A stretch of 64,000 nucleotides of DNA from Octopus sinensis (GCF_006345805.1 NC_043020.1:15190001-15254000); one strand, 5' to 3'; counted from the first letter of the stretch, positions 37,206 through 48,892 are shown. The notes: generated by a model not told the origin, from the letters alone. Made by a program: numbers and translations.

Positions 37206-38615
37206 TTAACCAAACAGTTTTTTATTCAGTTATTCACACATATTTTACCAAGGCAATGTGTTCTGCTTTTTTTAAAGCTTGTACTGTGTTTCTTGTTGAG
37301 AGATTTGTTTTCTATTTCTTGCAGATTGAGCAGCTGTGTGGCACAGTGGCTCTAAAGGTGGGCAGTACTGCTCCCCACCCCGAGGTGTGGTGGTGGAAAG
37401 ATCCAGTGGGTAGGGGCCATTGAAGAAAAGTAGGATGATAATGAGGTGAACCAAAAGGGGGCAATAGATGTAAAGCCAACAAAATATTGGGTTAATTAGG
37501 TTAAGTTTTGTGAAATACAGTTGTTTAAAATTTTCTGCATAGAAAGTGGTTTATGTTTGTGGTGGTGAGTGAGGAGTGCCTCCAGGAATGTGGTCTAGGT
37601 GCCAAGGGGCAAGTAACCTGAAAAAGTTTGGGGACCACTGGTCTACAGCAAAGAGACTCCTGTTTTATTATATCTATTTCTGAATAACATTCAATATAAT
37701 AGGATATTTGTATAGAAATGTAAAGGGAACTGGTTGCTTCTTTACACTTTTGGGGTGCAACTTGGGTGCAACACAATTTCCTTTCTTTTTGTTTCTAGTA
37801 ACTACCAGTCAGGAACGAAACGCAAGTTTAGAAATATATACAATTCTTTATTCTCTTATTCAACAATGAAACACGATGGTATACTGGTATCCATTCTTAC
37901 AACAATTCAGCATTAATAGAACAGGTTAAATTCTAAGCGTCTGGGACAGGAGAATAAGCTGATCACACGTATGAAAATACGTCCTTTCTCTTCTATCGCC
38001 GTGTCTCAAGTCCCCGACGCTATTAAGGAACGCTATAGAATTTATTCTTCAGTCTCTAGCGCATATGCATGAGGGAACTTCCTTATGCCTTTCCAGAAGG
38101 TTCCAACCCCGCACACGCACACTGAAGAAGGACGTCCGCACATGCACACTGAAGAATGACGTTGCGTGTGCGCACACTGGAATATGACGTCACTACAAAG
38201 ATAAAGTTCCAACAAGCTAGTCACTAATTCACTTGTTTTCACTAAAGGCTGAGTTTGTGGATTGGCCAGAAATGTCACTACATTCTCCATGCTACTGATA
38301 TTGTCAAAGAAAAAGCACAAAGGTTTGATACTGTTTTGGCACCAGTGTTGTTGCAGGCAATTTCTGAGCATAAAAAGCTGGGATAAATACCACTCTGGCG
38401 AAAGCCGAATTTGATTTCATTTTTCTGCGGTTCACAAATGAAAGTATCTGTTCAAGTCTAATCACCTACATCCTTCTGCTCAAATTTGTGGCTTCTGTGC
38501 CAGCGTCAGATGTTGTTATTGTTGTTACTCTTACGACTGTCATTGTATAGAACAGTCTAGTTAGTAGACAGTGGATGCATCCCCTTCTAAGTACCCCACT
38601 TTGTTATTGTTTCAG

Positions 38616-38794
38616 GATGGAAAGGTTATGCATGTACTGATGACACTGATGCCAACTCTGATAGTTTGGAACTGTTGGCAGTAATGTTGTTAACCCTCAG
38701 TAATGGATTCTTCATCCCAGCTATCATCTTGGCTTTCTACAGACGCTTTTACCTTGAAGGAGTTGTATATATCTTCACAATGTTCTTCTCAGCA
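38616..38794 (+). CDS. PGAP6: PGAP6/TMEM8A-like protein, exon 9 (EGF end, TM1-2)
   Basis: TTTCAG/GTAAGT boundaries. GWKGYACTD...[36 protein letters not shown] is the start of the TMEM8/myomaker membrane domain; phase 1 to 0. Confidence 0.95.
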
Positions 38795-39233
38795 GTAAGT
38801 ATAACCTTCTACTTCTTAGTTTATTTCTGTTATTTTATGCAACATCACACACAAATTCCCTCTCTCTCTCTCTTTCGGAGAGGCACTGAGCAGTTATACG
38901 CACACATACACACACGGCAGTAACTTCCACCTACCGAATTCAATCAGAAAGCTTCGGTCGGCTCGGGGCTATAGTAGAAGACACCTACCCAAAGTGCCAC
39001 GCAGTGGGACTGAACCCGAAACCATGTAGCTAGGAAGCAAGCTCCCTAACCACACAGCCATATTTTAACAGTTTTGGGTGTTAGACTTAATCTATCATAT
39101 GATTTAACTGTTTCGTTATCATATTTCTAGTGAAATACACTATCTTTGTTTCAATTAATTTTTGAAAGTAAATTTTGAAATTAAATTTTGCTCTTTATTA
39201 GCCTGGAATTTGGAACATAAATTACTATGAAAG

Positions 39234-39648
39234 TGTAGTGATGCTACTGTGTAGGGTTCAGGGCGCATGCGCAGAATGGGACTACTTCCGGGTGGCCACC
39301 GGAAGTCTTCCCCATGCGCATGTGCGGGAAACGATCCCTAAGGCCCGCTAAACTCGATTCATTCTCTCTGGCCGTCAGCCAACGTGAACAGACGTGTATT
39401 TGGTAGACTCTGATAACAAAACCGACTTAGCCGCCAACGACATCGAACCACTTCAACCAACGAACAAGAAGCTGTACAACAGATTCGGCCGTCGTTTTCC
39501 CATCAGATATATGTGCACCATCGCAATTAATAAACAAACTGCTGTCTTTCACCGATAACCTGACTTCGTCTGTTATGTCTTACTAAATTGTATGTGGCGG
39601 GATCGGATCGACACCCTTTCAGTGATACCGATACCAGATCCTGTTACA
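39234..39648 (+). mobile_element. Solo LTR (Gypsy-type, 415 bp)
   Basis: TGTA...TACA termini, 4-bp target-site duplication AAAG (39230-39233 / 39649-39652), internal AATAAA, CpG-rich relative to its flanks. Confidence 0.8.
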
Positions 39649-39846
39649 AAAGTTTGATGAACAGTTTTATTTTAGGTCATCATCATTCATCATTACCATC
39701 ACACGTCACTTTAAAATAAACTTTGTACCATAGAATCAATGACATTGTAGATGGGATGGTATCAAAAGGGGTCAGCTTCATCACATTACTACTCTTAGGT
39801 GTCTTAGTGGAGTCCACTCTGTTGCAAATATTTAAACAAGGTCTCC

Positions 39847-40267
39847 CGGATCTTTTCTGTTTGAACAGCAGTTTTTTCTAGCGGTGTCATATGAAATTGT
39901 CACCCGTAATTATGACCCTAGTATCAATCTATTGCATTTCAATCTGTTTTAGGGTTGGTTAGTGTTAGGGGTGGGGGAAGGGTATCTTTTTTTCTTCACA
40001 AATGTAAATAAACCCAATCTATTTTTTAAACGAAGGACATATTCATACGGCACAGAATGTTTTTTACCTCAATAGACGTTATTGATTGGTTGAAATTGCA
40101 GAAATTGAAAAAAAAAACAACAAATTTCTTACAAACTATAGAATTTTCTCAATAAAGCCAAGAGAAAAAGATGTTTTATAAACACATTCTACCAGTATAC
40201 GAAGTTTAAAATTTTTTAGTTACCTAGAAATTATGTTAAAAACTGCCGTTCAAACCGAAAAGATCCG
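39847..40267. mobile_element. Non-autonomous TIR element
   Basis: ~29-bp TIRs CGGATCTTTTCTGTTTGAACAGCAGTTTT / AAAACTGCCGTTCAAACCGAAAAGATCCG, flanked by GTCTCC on both sides. Confidence 0.75.
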
Positions 40268-42429
40268 GTCTCCCTTCAGTCTGAGGCTATTGAGATTTTC
40301 CTCCTTTTTTCCTCTCTAGCTTTGGATAAATTTTGTAAAATTTTGTGCTGCTCTTCTACTGATTAAAACAAAAAACATCTTTTTCTTGTTCTGAGTTAAA
40401 CCAGAATTGCTGATAGTTAGGTGAAGATATTTGTTCTGAGTTCAAATTTTGCTGCAATCATTAATCTTTTAAAATTCCATTGCTGCTCTTTTAAGTTTTT
40501 CAAAATATTTTTTTTACTACTTAAAAATAAAAAAAAAAATTTAAATGTTGTCAGATCATTGGGGTGGCAGTGCTAAGCAGTGATGTGTATAAACACAAGG
40601 TTATTACTTGTTCGAATATGCTTGGGACATACTTGAGTCCGTAAGAAAGCCATTCACTGTGTTTTGTCATGGAGAAAACACTCCATTTTCTAACAGTGAG
40701 AAATTTTCTCCACAACAAAACACAATGAATGGCTTTGTTATGGACTTGAATAAGCCCCAAGCATATTTGAACTTGTAATAACCTTGATGGCCAAAACAAT
40801 CCTGGTTGCAAAGTTATCAGTGGTGCCCCAACGATCAACCAGACCACAGGATATCATCATTATCATCATCATTTAACGTCCATTTTCCGCGCTAGCACGG
40901 GTTGGACGGTACGACCGGGGTCTGGGAAGCCAAGGGGCTGCACCAGGCTCCAGTCTGATCTGGCAGTGTTTCTACAGCTGGATGCCCTTCCTAACGCCAA
41001 ACGCTCCGTGAGTGTAGTGGGTGCTTTTTACGTGCCAGGGGAGTCTGGCAGCGGCCATGATCGGTTGGTGCTTTTAATGTGCCACTGGCACCGAAGCCAG
41101 TCAAGGTGGCGCTGGCATCGGCCACGTTCGGATGGTGCTTTTTATGTGCCACCGGCACAGGTATCACAACTACTATTTCCATTGATATTTATTTTGATGT
41201 TCATGTACTTGACTCAATAGGTCTCCTCAAGCACAGCGGGTTGTTCTGAAATCCAAGGTACTTTGAATGGGCTGGATGTAAAAAATAATTTTGTAAATTG
41301 CAGATGTGTTACCAGTGCCGGTGGCATGTAAGAGAACCTTCCGTTTCGCGACTGTTGCCAGCACCGCCCAGTTTCGTGTCCGTTGCCAGCCTCGCCTGGC
41401 CCTTGTGCCGGTGGCACATAAAAAGCACCATCCGTTCGTGGCCGTTTGCCAGCTCTGTCTGGCACCTGTGCGGGTGGCACGTAAAAAGCACCCACTACAC
41501 TCACGGAGTGGTTGGCGTTAGGAAGGGCATCCAGCCGTAGAAACACTGCCAGATTTGACTGGGCCTGATGAAGCCTTCTGGCTTCACAGACCCCAGTAGA
41601 ACCGTCCAACCCATGCTAGCATGGAGAACGGACGCTAAACGACGATGATGATGATGATGAAGATCATCATCTTAGTTTCAGTAATCGTATTGATCACTGT
41701 TATTTCATGAGTTCTGGCTTTCTTGTAATCATTGTTTTGTGAACCCATAAGCATGGTACATTATTTGGTTTGTTCTATGGATCGGAAAGTGTGGAACAAC
41801 ATCATCACCAAAGTCTGTCATCCAGCAGCACCTACAGCAGCGTATTGGTTGAGAGGACAGCCTCCCCCTCCAGTCACCAGATAGGAATTTTACTTACTTG
41901 TTTACCTACTATTACTACTACCCTCTCTAATCTAGGTAAATTTATACCCTCACGGAGTGGTTGGCGTTAGGAAGGGCATCCAGCCGTAGAAACAATGCTA
42001 GATCAGATTGGGCCTGGTGCAGCCTTCTGGCTTCCCCAGACCCCAGTTGAACCGTCCAACCCATGCTAGCATGGAAAGCAGACGCTAAATGATGATGATG
42101 ATGATGATGATTGTTATCATTATTCTCATCATCATTTAGCGTCCACTTCCCATGCTAGCATGGGTTGGACAGTTCAACTGGGGTCTGGGAAACCAGAAGG
42201 CTGCACCAGGCCCAGTCTGGTCTGGTAGCGATCCAGCTGTAGAAACACTGCCAGATCAGACTGGGCCTGGTGCAGCCTTCTGGCTTCCCAGACCCCGGTT
42301 GAACCGTCCAACCCATGCTAGCATGGAAAGCGGATGCTAAATGATGATGATGATGATGATGATGATCTCAACTGTAAAAGAAAAACTCACACTCCTGTTT
42401 GACATTGTAACTCTTTTTTTTTATTCCAG

Positions 42430-42693
42430 GTGTACCACGCATGTGATGCCAGCAACTTGTACCAATATTGTATGATGAAATACGATGTTTTGAGCTTCAG
42501 TGACTTTCTTGGTAGCTATATGGCAGTATGGGTAACATTAATGGCCATGGCTCGTCTGCCTGATAAACTTCGGACAATATTCGATGTGATGGGTGCCTTG
42601 TTCTTGGCATTAGCTGTTGACTATGACAAACATAGTTTACTTTTAAATGTTGTTCCCTTAGTACTTGGTATAGGAATGGTCTTCTTATCTTGG
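42430..42693 (+). CDS. PGAP6: PGAP6/TMEM8A-like protein, exon 10 (TM3-5)
   Basis: TTCCAG/GTAAGT boundaries. VYHACD...CMMKYDVLSFSDFLGSYMAVWVTLMAMARLP; 88 codons, phase 0. Confidence 0.95.
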
Positions 42694-43756
42694 GTAAGTA
42701 AACAGCTTTTGGCAGTTTTGTGTCTTGTTTAACTGTATTTTGTCAATTATTGCTGCTCAGGATCATTGCCTTCTAATTAGGAATTATCAATGTAATATTC
42801 ACAGATCTGGAGAGTATGCTGCAGGGGTACGTGAACTTATCAATGACCTTCAGGGTTTCCCTTTCAACAATGATAGTTGGTTCCACAAACAACTTCTGTG
42901 GGGCAGGTTGGTGGCGAGCTGGAAGAAACGTTAGCACGCCGGGCGACATGCGTAGCCGCATTTCGTCTGCCGTTTCGTCCTGAGTTCAAATTCCGCTGAG
43001 GTCGACTTTGCCTTTCATCCTTTCGGGATCGATAAATTAAGTACCAGTTACGCACTGGGGGGGTCGATGTAATCGACTTAATCCGTTTGTCTGTCCTTGT
43101 TTGTCCCCTCTGTGTTTACCCCCTTGTGGGTAGTAAAGAAATAGGTTGGTACCGGACCTCTGTCTTCTGAGTACTGATTGTGAGGTCAAAGTTGTTGCAG
43201 ACAGTGGAAAAGCTGTTCATGCTCCGGTGCATATGAGCCTCTGTGGCAGCGTTGAGTGTGCAGTCATCTGTAGACAGGAGTCATGCACTGAGTCTTCTTC
43301 CACCTTGGTCTTGGCCTGTACTCTCTGTAGACTCACTGATGTATATATACTCTTACTCTTACTTTTTTACTTGTTTCAGTCATTTGACTGTGGCCATGCT
43401 GGAGCACCGCCTTTAATTGAGCAACTCAACCCCAGGACTTATTCTTTGTAAAGCCAGTACTTATTCTATCGGTCTCTTTTGCCGAACTGCTAAGTGACGG
43501 GGACATAAACACACCAGCATCAGTTGTCAAGCAATGCTAGGGGGACAAACAAAGACACACAAACATACACACGCATATATATATATATATATATACGATG
43601 GCCTTCTTTCAGTTTCCGTCTACCAAATCTACTCCCAAGGTTTTGGTCGGCCAGAGGCTATAGTAGAGGACACTTGCCCAAGGTGCCATGCAGTGGGACT
43701 GAACCCAGAACCATGTGGTTGGTAAACAAGCTACTTACCACACAGCCACTCCCATC

Positions 43757-44500
43757 ATTTAACGTCTGCTTTTCATGTTGACATGGGTTGAACGGTTTGA
43801 CTAAAAACTGGTTAGCCGGGAGACTGCACCAGGCTCCAATCTGATTTGGCAATGTTTCTGCAGCTGGATGTCCTTCCTAACACTAACCCCGAGAGTGTAG
43901 TGGATGCTTTTATGTGCCACCGGCATGGTAGCCATTCAGGCAGCACTGGCATCAACCATGCTCAAATGGTGCATTTTATGTGCCAGTCAGCCAGCACTTG
44001 CATTGGTCATGCTTGAATGGTGCTTTTTATGTGCCACTGACACAGGTGCCAGTCAGACGGCACTGGCATCGGCCACGCTTGAATGGTACATTTTATGTGC
44101 CACTCAGGTGCCACTGACATCAGTCACGCTTGAACAGTGCTTATTACATGCCTCTGGCACAGGTGCCAGTCAGGTGACACTGGCATTGGCCATGACTATG
44201 ATTTCACTTGGTTTAACTCAAGCATGGCATATTGCCCAATGATTGGAGGGTGCTTTTAAACAGGCCAGTTATGTGACACTAGCATTGGCTATGACTATGA
44301 TCTTGCTTGGCTTGCCGGGTCTTCTCAAACACAGCATATCTCCAAATCTCTTGGTTGCTTATCATTGCCTCTGTGAGGCCCTATGTTAGAAGGTTGTGCT
44401 TCACTACCTCATCCCATGTCTTCCTAGGTCTACCTCTTCCACAGGTTCCCTCCACAGTTAGAGTGTGACACTTCTTCACTCAGCTGTCCTCATCCATATG
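43757..44500 (-). mobile_element. RTE LINE 3' end with full 3' UTR
   Basis: Reverse strand reads KKCHTLTVEGTCGRGRPRKTWDEVVKH..., then GTGCCACTG-rich repeats and the GGACATCCAGCTG tail. Confidence 0.8.
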
Positions 44501-44518
44501 CATATATATATGTATATA

Positions 44519-44777
44519 TATCCGTAAATATAAGAGAGCCAACTTTGAATATGTTAACTCTAGTGCTAGAAATAGCTCCACCGGTAGTCGCCAATGATAA
44601 TTCCACATAGAAATAGCACTACAATCAACGCAATGAAATTGAAATACAACATTTCAATTTCATTGCGTTGATTGTAGTGCTATTTCTATGTGGAATTATC
44701 GTTGGCGACTACCAGTGGAGCTATTTCTAGCACTAGAGTTAACATATTCAAAGTTGGCTCTCTTATATTTACGGATA
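44519..44777. repeat. Near-perfect palindrome: 127-bp arms, 5-nt loop ACAAC
   Basis: Left arm 44519-44645, right arm 44651-44777; only two mismatches found. Confidence 0.95.
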
Positions 44778-45215
44778 AATATGAATTTGTATCCCTGGTT
44801 TATTGTGCTAGATCACTCGGTGTTAAAATAAGGGTATTATTGAATTAATATCTATAATTTTATTCACCCTCATTATTGAATATATGTATATATATATATT
44901 AGTATATTGAGTGTATGATTAAGTTATCAAATGAAGTTCTACAAATCCAACCATATTTGTCAAAAACGGAAGAGATAAGATGTTAAAAAGTTGTAAGAAA
45001 TTTATTCATGCAGATGATCGTTTCATACAAAGAGATAATTCATTTTCAGAATCTGGAATTAGTAAAGTATTCATCAGTGCAGAAATAAGAACTTAAGAAA
45101 AGAGCTGTGAAGCTGGACTTTTGAGTTTCACATCTATTTGTTCCTATCTATTTGTGTAATAGGCATGGGACTCATGTCAGATTTTTAAAATTGACATAAA
45201 TATTGAAATATATAT

Positions 45216-45511
45216 CACGTGACCGACCAGACCATCAGATTTTGTTACACATCGCTGGTCACAATGCGTTCGCATTGTTTTAGCCTTCGAATGACGCCAC
45301 CCCGCTGGCTAAGCGAGCAGGCCAACAGAAGAAAGAGTGGAAGAAAGAGTGGTGAAAGAGTACAGCAGGGATCACCACTCCCTGCCGGAGCCTCGTGGAG
45401 CTTTTAAGTGTTTTCACTCAATAAACACACACAACGCCCGGTCTGGGAATTGAAACCGCGATCCTGCGACCGCGAGTCCGCTGCCCTAACCACTAGGCCA
45501 TTGCGCCTCCA
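45216..45511 (-). mobile_element. tRNA-derived SINE family 4 with TSD
   Basis: Reverse strand GGAGGCGCAATGGCCTAGTGGTTAGGG head; TSD TGAAATATATAT at 45204-45215 / 45512-45523; partial copy at 27478-27671. Confidence 0.82.
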
Positions 45512-45540
45512 TGAAATATATATATATATACATATATATT

Positions 45541-45665
45541 AAATTAATAATGAAGGAAAACAGATTTATATATCCAGTTTTATTCTGCAGTTACTCACGA
45601 AAGACATGATTAACTGCAGAATAAAACTGGATATATAAATTTCTATTCTCCTTAATTATTAATTT
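45541..45665. repeat. Hairpin with perfect 30-bp core (45564-45593 / 45611-45640)
   Basis: ATTTATATATCCAGTTTTATTCTGCAGTTA and its exact reverse complement around a 17-nt loop; imperfect outer arms. Confidence 0.85.
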
Positions 45666-46524
45666 ATTATTTTTTTTCTCTATCAACAACATGCAGTCTC
45701 TATGGAGACAAATAGATTTACCAATGTGAAGATCTACTCAGGGTAGCAAAATAAACTGGAGTTTTTCTACACTGACCGAGTTTGCCAGCATTAGTAACTG
45801 GTAAAAGCAAATACGGTACCCACTAGGATTGTATATCCCTACCAACCAAATTAGGAAATTTACCTACATATATATATATTTTGATTTGAAAACCCCACTA
45901 GAATGGGAGAAAGCGCTAATGATCTAAATGATATATATATGTAAAAAATGTAATATATAAATAAATATCTGTAAATATAAACCATCCGATCTGATTACCT
46001 CATTTCTTCTAATATATATATATATATATACATACATATATACATACATCATACATACATACATACATACATGACATGATGATGGCTGCCCCCTCGTTAT
46101 CGAGTATGGCCATTGCATGAGGCTTAATCAATGTTGTTATCGTGCAATGCCTGTGCAAGAAGATTTTTTGTAAAGTGAGGAAAGTTTGTGCACTGAGTCA
46201 ATCCCACTCACTAAGCAACAGCAACCATAATCCGAAAAGAAGAACAAGTCAACATCATCGGTAACCACTGAGCCGCAGGGTTTATTTCGGAGTTATCCCA
46301 TTTACCTAAGTTACCTTCTCCTAGAAGGATGCCCTAACAAAGGCTAGGAGACCTTCATTCCCAATGGTTTAACTGCGCGATTGGGTATTCAGTCCGATTA
46401 TTTCTATGTCTCTTCGCATGATACATCCTTAAGACATTTATACATACATACGTACATACATATCTACATGTGTGTGTATGTGCGTATACATACAGGCGTA
46501 TGTGTGTATGTGCATATACATACA

Positions 46525-47121
46525 GGTGGCGAGCTGGCAGAAACGTTAGCACGCCGGGCGAAGTGCATTGCGGTATTTCACCCGTCGCTACGTTCTGAGT
46601 TCAAATTCCGCCGAGGTCGACTTTGCCTTTCATCCTTTCGGGGTCGATAAATTAAGTACCAGTTATGCACTGGGATCGATGTAATCGACTTAATCCTTGT
46701 GTCTGTCCTTGTTTGTCCCCTCTATGTTTAGCCCCTTGTGGGTAATAAAGAAATAGGTATTTCGCCCGTCGTTACGTTCTGAGTTCAAATTCCGCCGAGG
46801 TCGACTTTGCCTTTCATCCTTTCGGGGTCGATAAATTAAGTACCAGTTATGCACTGGGATCGATGTAATCGACTTAATCCGTGTGTCTGTCCTTGTTTGT
46901 CCCCTCTACGTTTAGCCCCTTGTGGGTAATAAAGAAATAGGTATTTCGCCCGTCGTTACGTTCTGAGTTCAAATTCCGCCGAGGTCGACTTTGCCTTTCA
47001 TCCTTTCGGGGTCGATAAATTAAGTACCAGTTATGCACTGGGATCGATGTAATCGACTTAATCCGTGTGTCTGTCCTTGTTTGTCCCCTCTATGTTTAGC
47101 CCCTTGTGGGTAGTAAAGAAA
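46525..47121 (+). mobile_element. tRNA-derived SINE family 2, one head plus three 184-bp bodies in tandem
   Basis: Head GGTGGCGAGCTGGCAGAAACGTTAG, B box GAGTTCAAATTCC, centre CTTTGCCTTTCATCCTTTCGGGGTCGATAAA (recalls the Meta/Sauria-type domain, from memory). Bodies start at 46572, 46756, 46940. Family also near 20025, 26740, 28545, 28800, 32080, 34750(-), 35615, 42910, 51845(-), 60975, 62140, 62375. Confidence 0.9.
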
Positions 47122-47191
47122 CGTATGTGCGTATACATGCACATACATACATACATATTTTTAAAAGTGTTTACAATCTCTTTCATTTCAG

Positions 47192-47482
47192 GGTTACCAA
47201 TGTCGATTGAGGCATCATTGTTACCCAACGTGGCGTCGATATGTCTTCTGCTTACTACCTGGAGTGATACTGGCTCTGGTGGGCCTTCTTTTGTTCACAC
47301 TGTTTGAGACCGAAACAAATTATAAATATGTTCACAGCCTCTGGCATATACTCATTGCCACATCAATAGTGTTCCTGTTGCCAGGACGACGGGAACTACC
47401 AGATGGCAGCAGTAAAGGTAATGACACTGATTCCGAAATCACTATGAACATTTTCTTAAACAGTGCCTTAGTTCTAGAATAA
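47192..47482 (+). CDS. PGAP6: PGAP6/TMEM8A-like protein, last coding exon (TM6-7, C-tail, stop)
   Basis: TTTCAG acceptor. GYQCRLRHHCYPTWRRY...ETETNYKYVHSLWHILIATSIVFLLP...VLE* ending in TAA at 47480-47482. Exons 2-11 total 2207 nt in one frame. Confidence 0.95.
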   Translation, partial: GYQCRLRHHCYPTWRRYVFCLLPGVILALVGLLLFTLFETETNYKYVHSLWHILIATSIVFLLPGRRELPDGSSKGNDTDSEITMNIFLNSALVLE

Positions 47483-47839
47483 GGCTAAAAAAAAATCCAT
47501 CACCACCATCACCTTGCATTTTACTAAAATCATTTTCACTACTTTATAATTTCTAGCAATTCTCTCATTGCTCACCAAAGTCTACTCACCATTCATAAAG
47601 AATTTTTGAGAGAGTCTTTCTTCAATTTTCCTACCATTTAACTTATTTCTGGAAGCAGCTGAAAGCCCTAACCCCCAGAAAAAAGAATTAAAAAAAAGAC
47701 AAGATGGGCTGTATTGCAAAAACAAAATCAAAAATTATATTTGTTCCTGACTATAAGACTGGATTCCAGTTCAAGGACTTGTTTTATTTAACTGTATTCT
47801 ATTTTGTATATAAGTGTGTGTAAAATATATATACATATA

Positions 47840-47871
<32 letters not shown>

Positions 47872-48885
47872 CCTGAATTGATTGATTATTTGCATTTACA
47901 AATGCGGAAAGTACTCAATATTTAAAATAGTGTGCCTGTTTTATTAGAAGCCAAAGCTTCTTCAGTCATAACTGTTTTATGATTCCAATTGTTCAATCAG
48001 AAACATGGAACTCACAGATATCATAATAATGATAATAATAATGATAATGATCGTGTGTGAGTGAGGTATGTATAGGTTTATTGCTGTTTAACATAGTGGT
48101 GCTGATATAATGTTTAGCAGCAAGTCACGGGGCCCATAGCCCTGAATATGCAAATATAAGAGGTCCAGCGTGTCAGTTTGGATTGAATTCCCTTATTTGA
48201 TCAGTGTATATATTGTGGCCATCCTCTTTATATTGTTGATCTTTATTCTGTATTTATTTATGATGCAAAAGATATCCTTATAAGCCAAAAAAAAAAAAGA
48301 GAAAAAAACTCCCCCAAAAATATGTGGTCTCCGTTCTAAAAGATGCTAGAGGGAGATTTAGCTCTTATATCGAGTATAGTGAGCAGCTACCAAGAAGCTC
48401 TTTCATTGATTCAAGTGCGTGTGAGTATCTGAATGTGCCTGTGTGTGTGCAAGGGTGTTTGTGGTGTCTGTTTTGGGTAGTGATTGTATTGATCTGAAAC
48501 GACAAAACTATTTTTCACTGACAATTTCAATGATGCAAGTTAAATGACAATCAAAAGAGTTAACTGCCATCTCCTTATAATGAAATAGTATGTTTTAAAC
48601 TGTGAGATTGCCATATCCACGATGTGTTCCTTCTTATTGTATCAACCTTGATGGTGGCCATACTTCAGCTGAAATGATGTCATAATCTGCCGCACACTCA
48701 CTCATCTTCACCGTTTTTTTTTTTTTTTTTGGTTTTTTTTTCTTTTATTCTGTACAGTTTTATTATCATCATCAACATCATTATCATCATCATCATCCTT
48801 GTTGTCTGTAAACATTTTACACAATTTCAGTTTTCTACCAGTGTTCTGTTTCAAACTCAGGGGCAATATGCGTTTACACACACAC

Positions 48886-48892
48886 ACACACT

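Noticed and set aside
41566-41590. CTGATGA followed by hairpin AGCC-TTCT-GGCT
   Set aside because: No GAAA after the hairpin and no helix I or III; CTGATGA hits near 13150 and 34682 fail the same way.
45770-45830. CTGACCGA...stem...GGTACC arrangement resembling a hammerhead
   Set aside because: Core spacing is wrong, GAAA is absent and no helix I was found.
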